A stretch of 64,000 nucleotides of DNA from Oligoflexales bacterium (GTDB lineage Bacteria; Bdellovibrionota_B; Oligoflexia; Oligoflexales; CAIYRB01): the NCBI GenBank assembly GCA_041736175.1, contig JBGSUI010000240.1:1-64000 (forward strand), in the 5' to 3' direction. The notes under the pieces are model-generated. The model did not search any database, was not told the origin of the DNA, and worked only from the letters and a program-made list of their open reading frames with translations. Shown here piece after piece: positions 1-8,268 of this stretch (position 1 is the first letter of the stretch; the number at the start of each line of letters is the position of its first letter). The position numbers and the translations under genes were made by a program.

Positions 1-38
1 ACCATTTATGTTGCTCAAAGAAACCACGGTCCGGGGGC

Positions 39-578
39 CTAGGCTGAGCATGTTACCTGCGTTGGTTTTTGAGAAGTTACAAAAAATGGGTGGGTCAATT
101 TACTTGAGCCTAGGTGGGTCAAATTAGTCAAGCGACGTAGCCGGTTTCCATCGGTAAAAGATTTTTGATAAATTTCATTTGTTGGTCTTGTCTTTTCTAT
201 CCATTCCGTCACAGATAGCTCTTGCCTTTGAAATGTAGGATCAAGGACCACTGGCTCGTCAGTCTCGCCTCTTATCACGGTTGCAACATGATACTGCCAT
301 CCAATGCTCGGAAATGGGGCAAAAGACCCAAAGATAAAAATTTGATTAGAGGGAATTTTCTCTAAAGCAAGCTCTATAGCGAGGTAAAACGCTCGTGTTT
401 CACATCCTGCCAACTTAAAATCGTAGGGAAGGTAGTCAATCTTACTCAAAACGGCGAGTGCTGTACCTAATTGGTTATCATTCCCCTGAATAGTCGAGCT
501 ACCGAGTGAATGATTACCCGAACCACAAGCGCAGAGCATCCCGTAATAAATTAGTAAATAAACACTAAGACGTTTCAT
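39..578 (-). CDS. Protein-glutamine glutaminase (deamidase)-like lipoprotein
   Basis: Lipobox-like LCAC. The motifs GCETRA, WQYHVA and VLDP give the Cys-His-Asp triad in the order of the protein-glutaminase family. Confidence 0.7.
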   Translation of the reverse strand: MKRLSVYLLIYYGMLCACGSGNHSLGSSTIQGNDNQLGTALAVLSKIDYLPYDFKLAGCETRAFYLAIELALEKIPSNQIFIFGSFAPFPSIGWQYHVATVIRGETDEPVVLDPTFQRQELSVTEWIEKTRPTNEIYQKSFTDGNRLRRLTNLTHLGSSKLTHPFFVTSQKPTQVTCSA

Positions 579-603
579 ACTCGTTTTCCCTTGCTAGGGT
601 TGA

Positions 604-623
604 GTCATGGTAACGACCATGAC
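604..623. promoter_or_regulatory. Perfect 8-4-8 inverted repeat GTCATGGT-aacg-ACCATGAC, candidate operator
   Basis: Seen directly, about 25 bp upstream of the 578 start codon. Confidence 0.4.
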
Positions 624-926
624 AAAATCTCTTTGAATGAACATAATATCCTCAACTGTTTAGACTCTTTGCATCGGGAAAAATCGAAAGAGATCTGCTC
701 CAAGCTGTATGTCTAAGCAACGATTTACCAATCTTGATGAAGATTGGATTGGCATAAACGACTTATCAAAACCTGTGCCGTAAAGCAGTATCCTACAAAA
801 GGCTTTAGTTTTTGCCAGATCAAAATGACCAGGTCTATCTGTAAACAATGAACTTAAGGAACTTCACTCCACGATACTGCAAACCAAAGCAGCATGGCTA
901 TCCGTTGATCGAGACCTTTAGACAAC

Positions 927-2783
927 CTACCTGTACACGATCTCCACCCTAAAATCCACTGCCCTTGCCTTGGCCCTCATCCCGAATTTGCCAGGCCACC
1001 GCCGCTTGGCCGTAGTCAGGCTGATGCCCAGAGCCTCCGCTACGCCCCTTCGGGTAAGGCGGCCGTCAGCGAGCCTTTCTCTGATCTCGATGTCAGAGAG
1101 CTTGATTAGATCCTGACCGGATGCACCTTCCTTGCCAGAACCATCCGGCACGATCACCGCGTGGGTTGCCACCAGTTGCAGGGCTTCCCGGAGGCTCCTA
1201 TGGCGTTCTCCACGGTCACCGCTATCGCCCTCGTCACCAAGAGCAGCGGTTAGAGCCGCCCGTATCATAGCAATCGTGAGGTGAGAGGCGTCCGCGGGTT
1301 TTGACCTGAGCCTGGCCCCTGTGGCCACAGCGTCGGCTTTTGCCAGCTGCTCCTCCAAATCTGAGATGACACTTAGGTTTTTGTCTCGCACCCGCAGGTA
1401 GGTGTCATCGGCGAGGAGACCCGCGGCCCATTTTTCAGTTACCTTAGTTAAGAGATCGCGTTTTTTTTCCAAGGAGTCTCGAGCTGCCTCTGCCGCTAGT
1501 GAGGCCTGCTGGGCTTCGGCTTCGGCCGCATCGCCATTTTTAAGCCTTGCGATCACCGCATCTATTAAGGAATCGTTGGCTGAAAGGGTTGAAATTTCCC
1601 GAGCTGCAAGCCTCTCTACATCCTCCACACGAAAAGTCCGGTGACTCGGCTGCTCGGAGCAAACGTAAACGGGATGAGTCCGTCCGTGCCCCCTCGTCAC
1701 CATGCGGCCTTTACATTCTGAACACTGTAGAAGCCCGTGAAGCCACCTTTTGTGATCCCGAGGTCTTCGTTTAGAGGTGATGCGGTCGTGGTAGTCTTGG
1801 TACCTAACGCGGGCCTTTTCAAAAAGCTCCTCGTCAACGATTCGCGGCACCTCGATCACTTTAGTCGTAAGCGAGATATTGTACCTGGCCTGGGGCTTGA
1901 AGCTCACGATAAGCCGCCCTGCGTAGATCTCGTTTCGGAGGATCGCCAAGACATGGTAGCGATTCCACGGACCGGGTTTTGCCGACGGGGTCACCGCTAC
2001 CCACGGCGAGCGGTCCACTCCAGCGGAGTTTAGTTGGTCAGCGATGTCGTAAACAGAAAGGGGTCTATTGCCATAGACATTGGAGAGAGTTTGGGCACCC
2101 GCGCCGCAGTAAAGCCTGAAAATGTCACTCACGACTTGGGCCTCTTTTTCGACCACGAAATAGCGCCAAGGGTTTTCTTTTTTGCCGGTCTTCTCGAACC
2201 GATATCCAAAGGGCACGTTGGTGAGCCGCCACTGGTCTTGGTTGACAAGTTTTTGAATCCGACCCGACTGGAGCATCCTCGAGTTTTCAAGTTTAGCGAT
2301 GGCCCCTAGTTCTTGGATGACTGCGGAGGCGATCCGGCCTGACGTGTCTGTGACACGGTAGACCACATCTTCGCTTTGGCTGATAAGGCGGACACTGAGG
2401 TGACGGAAAACGTCGGTGATTTCTCCGCGAAGTTCGGCACTCTCGCCCCGAAAAATCCGGTCGCTTGCGGCGACGATGATGGTATTGACCTGCTTGGCCT
2501 TGACCAGTTCGATCAGTTTCCAGAATTCTCGGTCCGAGTCTTTGGCCTCGAGGTTATAGCCCTCGTCTTTAAACACGTCCACGAGGCGCGCGGATTCATG
2601 AGTCCCGAACAGTCGTTCGTAACGTTCCTTAGTGACCGCAAGCTGGCGTTCGATCGTATCCTCTTTTGCTTGTTTATTCGTCGAGACCCGGGCGTAAATG
2701 GCAACCAGAGGGGTTTTGCCAGCTCCACCTTCGTAGACTGGTTCCTTAAGTTCCTTGAGTCGACTTTTTTTAAGGTTGGCCAT
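927..2783 (-). CDS. Large serine recombinase B, with an extra C-terminal HTH
   Basis: Catalytic YARVST, SDRIFR, recombinase-domain PFGY and ILRNEIYAG, Zn-ribbon CSEC, coiled coil, and HTH-like RRGVAEALGISLTTAKRRW. Confidence 0.95.
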   Translation of the reverse strand: MANLKKSRLKELKEPVYEGGAGKTPLVAIYARVSTNKQAKEDTIERQLAVTKERYERLFGTHESARLVDVFKDEGYNLEAKDSDREFWKLIELVKAKQVNTIIVAASDRIFRGESAELRGEITDVFRHLSVRLISQSEDVVYRVTDTSGRIASAVIQELGAIAKLENSRMLQSGRIQKLVNQDQWRLTNVPFGYRFEKTGKKENPWRYFVVEKEAQVVSDIFRLYCGAGAQTLSNVYGNRPLSVYDIADQLNSAGVDRSPWVAVTPSAKPGPWNRYHVLAILRNEIYAGRLIVSFKPQARYNISLTTKVIEVPRIVDEELFEKARVRYQDYHDRITSKRRPRDHKRWLHGLLQCSECKGRMVTRGHGRTHPVYVCSEQPSHRTFRVEDVERLAAREISTLSANDSLIDAVIARLKNGDAAEAEAQQASLAAEAARDSLEKKRDLLTKVTEKWAAGLLADDTYLRVRDKNLSVISDLEEQLAKADAVATGARLRSKPADASHLTIAMIRAALTAALGDEGDSGDRGERHRSLREALQLVATHAVIVPDGSGKEGASGQDLIKLSDIEIRERLADGRLTRRGVAEALGISLTTAKRRWPGKFGMRAKARAVDFRVEIVYR

Positions 2784-4527
2784 GGTAGGCCTCCCCTAAC
2801 ACGGCCAACGGTTCGGATTTGGTCAAATGCACCCTGTAAACCGGCTTTTTATTGGTCCCGTTGGTCTCCTTGAAATCCTTGGACTCGTTGCCCTGTTGCT
2901 TGTTGACGATGACCAGGAGTTTGGCTGCAGCAAAAACCACCCTTATGGATCTCCCCCCCCGTTCCATATCTTCGGTCAACTCTATGATGGCTTTTTCGAT
3001 AGCCTCCTTTGGCCTTAAGATCTCCAGTGCGGAGTTTGCGAGTCCTCTTTTGGAATGGAGCTTTGCATCTCGTTCCGCTAATGCGACTTCAACTTTTAAG
3101 GACTCCATCGACCTTTCGTATTCCTCCTGACTCACTTCATCCAGCGCGTATCTTTCGGTGAGTCGGTCGATGAGGGTGTGAAGCTCCGCAAGTTTGGTCT
3201 TGCCCGATTGTTTGGGGGTCTTTTTAAAATCAGCATTGATCTTGTCCAACGCTCGATCTTTGAGAGCCCCTTTGAATGCGTCGTTAAAGGTGAGCGATTT
3301 GACCAGATCGCCCACGGCTGTCTTAAGAAAGTCGAGCCGCGGCATCACATGGTGCTTTCTGCATCCATAATAAGAAGAACCGCGTTTATAATGATTGATC
3401 AACGACAAATGCATACCGCAGTGCCCACAGTGGAGAAAATCGTGAAACCAAACGTCTGCCGGCGTGACCATTGGCGCATCGGAATGATCGGATGCTTCGC
3501 CACGCTCTTTTCTTATTTTTTGCGCGGTCTCGAAGGTCTCCCGATCGATGATCGGAGTCTCGAGACAGACTTGCCGGACCTCTTTGTCTGGAAGTAGATT
3601 GGTGCGACGAAATCTAATGGTCCTGACCCCGGTGTAAAGTTCGCAGCTTAAAATCTTGACCACCGCCTCAGGGGTCCACAGCGGACTGGAATTATGAGCG
3701 GCCTCAGAAATCCATGCCTCTCGACTCACTCCCGCGTCGCGCAGGATGCGGGCGATACGGATATAGCCGATCGGCGTGCCGCCCCCTGGTGGCAAAATTT
3801 TCGGCTTTTTGCCTAAGTAAAGGGCGAACACGTCGCGGATGATGGCGGCTTCCGAGGCCACAACACGGTAAGAAAAATGCTTTTTACTTTTGATCAGGGT
3901 GCGATCCACCCTGATGCCATAAGGGGCGATGGGCTGGTGATACTTTCTGTTTTCCACTTGCAGACGAAACCCCGTCTGCAGAGATTTCACCAACTCGATT
4001 TTGTTGGCGCTGCCGATCTCCTGGGACAGAGAACTCACCAATCTTGATTGGGAATCCGCAAGACTATAGACGACGTCGGACACCGGGGTGACGACCCGCA
4101 CCCCACCTCTGCGCAAAGTATCCAAGATTTTGCCTCGTATCGAAGCTTTTTCTCCCCGAAAAATCCGGTCGTCCGCAGCGATGACGATGGTCGATATCAT
4201 GGATTTTTCCACAAGGCTGAGGATTTTCCAGAAAGCTCTCGTGGCTTCGAAGGTTTCAAGGTTATAGCCCTCGTCCGCGAAAGTGCCGACAACCGTCGCT
4301 CCCTCGGCTACAAGCTTATTCACGATTTTGTCGCAGAGAAACCGCTGCCGGTCGATGTTGTCGTGCTTTGCCTGCTCCTCGGTCGAGACCCTGAGGTAAA
4401 CGGCCACGAGTTCGCGCCTCTTAGGCGGCTCCCTCGTCGCTTCCCGGGATCCATTTTGACTTGGACTTGTCCGAGTTGGCTTTTTTCGATTTTGATTTTT
4501 CGGCTTCACCGGGTCCAACTTCTTCAT
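2770..4527 (-). CDS. Large serine recombinase A
   Basis: YLRVST, DDRIFR, APYG, ILSCELYTG, CGHC and a coiled coil. Overlaps recombinase B by 14 bp. An alternative GTG start at 4407 has a GAGG SD and follows the small ORF's stop. Confidence 0.95.
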   Translation of the reverse strand: MKKLDPVKPKNQNRKKPTRTSPSQNGSREATREPPKRRELVAVYLRVSTEEQAKHDNIDRQRFLCDKIVNKLVAEGATVVGTFADEGYNLETFEATRAFWKILSLVEKSMISTIVIAADDRIFRGEKASIRGKILDTLRRGGVRVVTPVSDVVYSLADSQSRLVSSLSQEIGSANKIELVKSLQTGFRLQVENRKYHQPIAPYGIRVDRTLIKSKKHFSYRVVASEAAIIRDVFALYLGKKPKILPPGGGTPIGYIRIARILRDAGVSREAWISEAAHNSSPLWTPEAVVKILSCELYTGVRTIRFRRTNLLPDKEVRQVCLETPIIDRETFETAQKIRKERGEASDHSDAPMVTPADVWFHDFLHCGHCGMHLSLINHYKRGSSYYGCRKHHVMPRLDFLKTAVGDLVKSLTFNDAFKGALKDRALDKINADFKKTPKQSGKTKLAELHTLIDRLTERYALDEVSQEEYERSMESLKVEVALAERDAKLHSKRGLANSALEILRPKEAIEKAIIELTEDMERGGRSIRVVFAAAKLLVIVNKQQGNESKDFKETNGTNKKPVYRVHLTKSEPLAVLGEAYHGQP

Positions 4528-4729
4528 TGAGGTGCTTCACTAAACTTGATTTCATGAGTTCTGCCGCTACCAGTTCGGCCAAAGCGTCGATCAGTTCGCC
4601 ACTTGCGGCATAATCGCGCCCACCAACGGAAAAGGCCGGCGTCTCGGATCCAGAAAGCTTGAGATGGCGACCCGGGACCTTTTTGGCTGCTTTTTTGGCT
4701 GACTTTTTTGGTGACTGTGAGACTTTCAA
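4421..4729 (-). CDS. Small Lys-rich protein upstream of the recombinases, possible accessory or directionality factor
   Basis: TTG start with GGGGGA SD, first ORF after the sigma-28-type promoter, with an amphipathic helix LIDALAELVAAELMK. Function is inferred from position only. Confidence 0.55.
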   Translation of the reverse strand: MKVSQSPKKSAKKAAKKVPGRHLKLSGSETPAFSVGGRDYAASGELIDALAELVAAELMKSSLVKHLNEEVGPGEAEKSKSKKANSDKSKSKWIPGSDEGAA

Positions 4730-4782
4730 GGTTCCCCCGAAGTGGACCTGACCTAAACATTGCCATGAAGGCTTCAGGGGTT

Positions 4783-4809
4783 TTATCGGCGGGATAGGGG
4801 CTGACTTGA
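4783..4809 (-). promoter_or_regulatory. Sigma-28 (FliA)-type promoter of the small ORF/recombinase operon
   Basis: Minus strand reads TCAAG-N14-GCCGATAA, a perfect FliA -10, 54 bp upstream of the 4729 start. Confidence 0.7.
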
Positions 4810-4903
4810 CTCCTTGGGGGAGAAATTTTCAAATTTTCTTGAAGATACTTTTTTATCACTTTTAAATCCTTTAATTTCAGTCTGTTACAGCGTGTGGACC
4901 AGT

Positions 4904-4930
4904 TTGCCTAACCTGTACGGCGTTAGGCAA
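4904..4930. repeat. Perfect 9-9-9 inverted repeat TTGCCTAAC-ctgtacggc-GTTAGGCAA, candidate att site
   Basis: Seen directly, at the junction between the AT-rich arm and the gene remnant. Confidence 0.65.
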
Positions 4931-5021
4931 CATGCCCCCTGGGCAAGCAGGTCCACCCTTTGCTGGCGCGGTCTTCGATCTTAAAGAATCGGTCCGCTGC
5001 TGGTTGGAGCAAAACCCATGA
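4911..5021 (+). pseudogene. Orphan 3' end of an interrupted gene with a cytochrome c-like MPP...W C-terminus
   Basis: Frame reads TCTALGNMPPGQAGPPFAGAVFDLKESVRCWLEQNP*. Its TGA overlaps the DUF1501 ATG (ATGA). An in-frame TAA at 4872 means the 5' part is missing here. Confidence 0.6.
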
Positions 5022-6385
5022 AGAAACCTCCTAAAAACAATGCAGAAACCAGCTGGCGTATCAGCACACCAAAGCTTGTGGAAGAATGCTCAAGGCGCCA
5101 ACTCATCGAGACAGGGTTTAGCCTTACGGCCTGGACCACCGCAGCCACCCTGTTCGGGTCACAGGCCGTCCGTGGACAAACAGCCTACACACCAAAACGC
5201 AACCTTATTTGGATCAATATGGGTGGGGGATGGGATATCCTCGAAGTCACGGATCCCAAGCCAGCCTCGACCGCCGGGATTGACCTCCTCTATGGCTTCA
5301 ACGAAGCTCGCGACGTGGCCCAATCCACCGACGGGGTCAAAGTCGGTCGGTGGCTCTCCGGCATCGCCGGCCTAGGCCAAGACCTGCTTGTGGTGCGAGG
5401 GCTCGCCATGGGAACCACCTCCCACAATGCTGGGATGGTTTATATGGATACGGGAATCCTAAGCAACGCCGGTCGCGTCAATGCCGCTTCGATTCCTGCG
5501 ATTGTTGCATCAGAGAGCCAAGCCACAATCCCCATCATTCAACTCTCCGGGGGCACCGACCCCCAAATCGACCGTGGTCTCCTGAATCCCGTTTCCGTTG
5601 TGCGGGCGGGCAACCTGGATCTTTACCGCTCGATGTATCCTGCAGAAGCTGACATCACTCGCAAACTCGCGGTCCTCGATTACCTGAAAAATTCGGTGAC
5701 CGATCTTGAAACCAAAGTGGGTAAAAACGACCGTCTCTCCAATCTAGCCGCTGCTGAATCGAAAGTCCGTGGCCAATTCACCACCAATGTTGGGGCTAAA
5801 TTAGCGCTCACCGACGCCGACCGGGCTCTCTTTAGGAACGGAGCCCCGACGGGGATGAACACTGGCTTTCAAGATGCTGTAGCACTTGCCTTAAAATTGA
5901 TTAATAATGACATATGTACCACGATAAACCTAGGCATTGGAGGATTTGACACACACCAAAACCAATCCACACGGCTTCAGCCGATTTTGCAGTCTGTTGA
6001 TTTCGCCATGGCAAGGTTAGTGGCTGGCCTCAAGGCTTCAGGAAAGTTAGATACGACGTTGATTGTGCTCTATTCAGACTTTGGACGGACCCCCCGGGTC
6101 AACGGCTCCAATGGGCGGGACCATTGGCCGACAGGAGGTGCATTGGTGATGGGTGGCAAGATCGATGGGGGACGTGCTGTCGGAGCATCCACAGATGACA
6201 CTTTAAGTGCCGTCAACCTCATCGACACCAACACCGGTGTTGTCACCAACGATCCCGCAACCGGCACCCAACTCAACCCAAGCCATCTTGGTGGCATGGT
6301 CCTGGCACTCACCCTAGGGGATGGCTACAGCCAGTTCCGGCCCTACTTGGCCGCGCTCCCCTGTATGACACGAACGAGGACCTAG
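5018..6385 (+). CDS. DUF1501 family protein, probably Tat-exported
   Basis: Twin-Arg SRRQL, then INMGGGWD, GGFDTH, SDFGRTP and GRDHW motifs. Confidence 0.9.
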   Translation: MKKPPKNNAETSWRISTPKLVEECSRRQLIETGFSLTAWTTAATLFGSQAVRGQTAYTPKRNLIWINMGGGWDILEVTDPKPASTAGIDLLYGFNEARDVAQSTDGVKVGRWLSGIAGLGQDLLVVRGLAMGTTSHNAGMVYMDTGILSNAGRVNAASIPAIVASESQATIPIIQLSGGTDPQIDRGLLNPVSVVRAGNLDLYRSMYPAEADITRKLAVLDYLKNSVTDLETKVGKNDRLSNLAAAESKVRGQFTTNVGAKLALTDADRALFRNGAPTGMNTGFQDAVALALKLINNDICTTINLGIGGFDTHQNQSTRLQPILQSVDFAMARLVAGLKASGKLDTTLIVLYSDFGRTPRVNGSNGRDHWPTGGALVMGGKIDGGRAVGASTDDTLSAVNLIDTNTGVVTNDPATGTQLNPSHLGGMVLALTLGDGYSQFRPYLAALPCMTRTRT

Positions 6386-7596
6386 TGAAGAGTACGCAAG
6401 AGGTTACGAACCTCCTCCATGCCACCCTGGTAGTTTTAAAAATATTATGTTTAGTGATCCTATGCAGCCTGTGGATTCTACCAGACGCGGCTTTAGCCCA
6501 GCTTGGAGAACACACGGCTTTGATGCCCACCGATACCATGGTGCCCCCTGTGGTCATGACCCATCCTGGGGTGATGCCTCCCAAAAGTCGCGCCAACGGT
6601 CACGAAGCCGGTCTGCTTATGACCCGCGACGAACGTACGTCAAAACTAGACCATACCACTGTGGGCGGCGATGATATTAAGTCGGTTGTTTCTGATGAAG
6701 CGGTTCTTGGGGCGGTTCATTTTGACTTAGGTGCAGGAGCCCGGGTCGCCTTGCTCCACGAGCTGGTTTTTCGCAAAACAAAGACCACTTCCAGCGCCAT
6801 CCGTCGAGGAGTCCCCCGTGAGGAGGTCGAGAGGATCCAGATGGACGCGCTTAAAATCACCATCGAGCTTACCGAAGGCCTGACCGCCGGCATGATCCTG
6901 CGCTATGTCTATAGAGACCGTCTCATCTATGGCGATCTTTCCGTTGCTCAGCAAAATCGATATAAAATTTCCATGATCGGCTACGGTGGGGGCGCTGCCT
7001 TAACCCTTAAAAATTTCGGTTTAGGATATGCTTACTATCCACAATTACGGGGGAAAACAGACGTTCTGGGCGAAGAAAAAATTGTGGTCGAACCTGGATT
7101 TCTCAACATCGATGTATCCTACAAACCAAGTGATTCCTTGGCTTTTTCGCTTCTCAACCGGCGCTTTTTGTGGGAACTAGACGATATCGGTCGAGGCACG
7201 ACCAATACCGATACCAACCAGACCCGTATTTCTCTTTACGGACTCGATCCCGACCAATACCTTTTGACCGACACTTTGACGATGCTCGGTGTTTCCTATG
7301 AACTCGGGAAAATAGCAACTCTAAAAGTTGCTTTAGGCCAAGAAAAAGCCCATTTTAATTTTCAAGATTTGTTGGTCTATAATCGCGTCGACGTGCGACA
7401 AAGGACGGGTGACCCGAGAGATCTCACTTACAATCGCGCGAGAGCCCAAATCAGTTGGCTACTTAACAAAGGTCTCGACATATCTTTAGGCATGGGTCTT
7501 TATGAGCGTAAATTTGAATTTCCAACCGCTATGAATGGAGGCACCTACGAGGCCTCAGGTAGAGAACTCATAGCGGCAGCAGGCATCAGTTTTTGA
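6385..7596 (+). CDS. Putative outer-membrane beta-barrel protein
   Basis: Signal peptide, amphipathic beta-strands and terminal Phe (AGISF). Confidence 0.65.
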   Translation: MKSTQEVTNLLHATLVVLKILCLVILCSLWILPDAALAQLGEHTALMPTDTMVPPVVMTHPGVMPPKSRANGHEAGLLMTRDERTSKLDHTTVGGDDIKSVVSDEAVLGAVHFDLGAGARVALLHELVFRKTKTTSSAIRRGVPREEVERIQMDALKITIELTEGLTAGMILRYVYRDRLIYGDLSVAQQNRYKISMIGYGGGAALTLKNFGLGYAYYPQLRGKTDVLGEEKIVVEPGFLNIDVSYKPSDSLAFSLLNRRFLWELDDIGRGTTNTDTNQTRISLYGLDPDQYLLTDTLTMLGVSYELGKIATLKVALGQEKAHFNFQDLLVYNRVDVRQRTGDPRDLTYNRARAQISWLLNKGLDISLGMGLYERKFEFPTAMNGGTYEASGRELIAAAGISF

Positions 7597-7636
7597 TGAG
7601 AAGGAGTCAACACTTTACATTTCCGGGAGCAAATGT

Positions 7637-8242
7637 ATGACACGAATTCTTGTTTTGAACGCGGGGTATGAGCCTCTACAGCTCGTGAGTTGGCAGAGGG
7701 GACTCTGCTTGGTTTTATCCAACAAGGCTGAGGTAGTCGAGCGCTCCCGGGCTGTGGCTCGCTCGGTAAGCTGCACGATAGAACTCCCCTGTGTGGTGCG
7801 GTTAGTTCGCTATGTTCACAATGTCAGCAAGATGGGTATGGTGCGTTGTTCCCGACGAAATATCCTGCTCCGAGATAGGTTCCAGTGCCAATACTGTGGC
7901 ATCAGGTGCAAACCCGCCCATGCGACCGTGGACCATATTGTACCTCGCGTCATGGGGGGAAAAACCACCTGGACGAACGCCGTGGCCGCATGCAATAACT
8001 GCAATCGGAAGAAAGGGTCTCGCAGCCTTGATTCTTCGGGCCTTAAGCTCATGAGAGCACCCAGGCGCCCCACGTGGAACGATCTGTTTGTGGTCCCCAA
8101 GGAAACCCACGGCGAGCTTTTGGCGGGTCCTGGTCTAGGAGTCGACCTGCAACCAGGTACTGTCGATACAAACCACGAGGCACGGGTCCAAAGCGTTCAG
8201 GAGATAGGCTTTAGAGAAGTTTGGCTTAAATATTTGAGTTAG
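7637..8242 (+). CDS. HNH endonuclease
   Basis: LVLNAGYEPL N-terminus, RDRFQCQYCG, TVDHIVP and ACNNCNRKK. Confidence 0.9.
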   Translation: MTRILVLNAGYEPLQLVSWQRGLCLVLSNKAEVVERSRAVARSVSCTIELPCVVRLVRYVHNVSKMGMVRCSRRNILLRDRFQCQYCGIRCKPAHATVDHIVPRVMGGKTTWTNAVAACNNCNRKKGSRSLDSSGLKLMRAPRRPTWNDLFVVPKETHGELLAGPGLGVDLQPGTVDTNHEARVQSVQEIGFREVWLKYLS

Positions 8243-8268
8243 TTCTTGATGGAGAGAGGCTACAAATC

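Larger units (their letters stand above)
927..4917. mobile_element. Recombinase module and right arm of an integrative element (left boundary uncertain)
   Basis: Tandem LSRs, visibly more GC-rich than 1-920, an AT-rich arm at 4820-4890, and an att-like inverted repeat abutting a truncated gene. Confidence 0.7.

Noticed and set aside
660..848. 62-aa minus-strand ORF
   Set aside because: TTG start, no SD and no recognisable motif.
4524..4859. 111-aa minus-strand ORF
   Set aside because: Runs across the sigma-28 promoter and overlaps the better-supported 4421-4729 ORF.
4894..4956. Outer inverted repeat GTGGACC/GGTCCAC suggesting a branched RNA
   Set aside because: Asymmetric about the att-like centre, and the right half lies in the coding remnant; probably chance.
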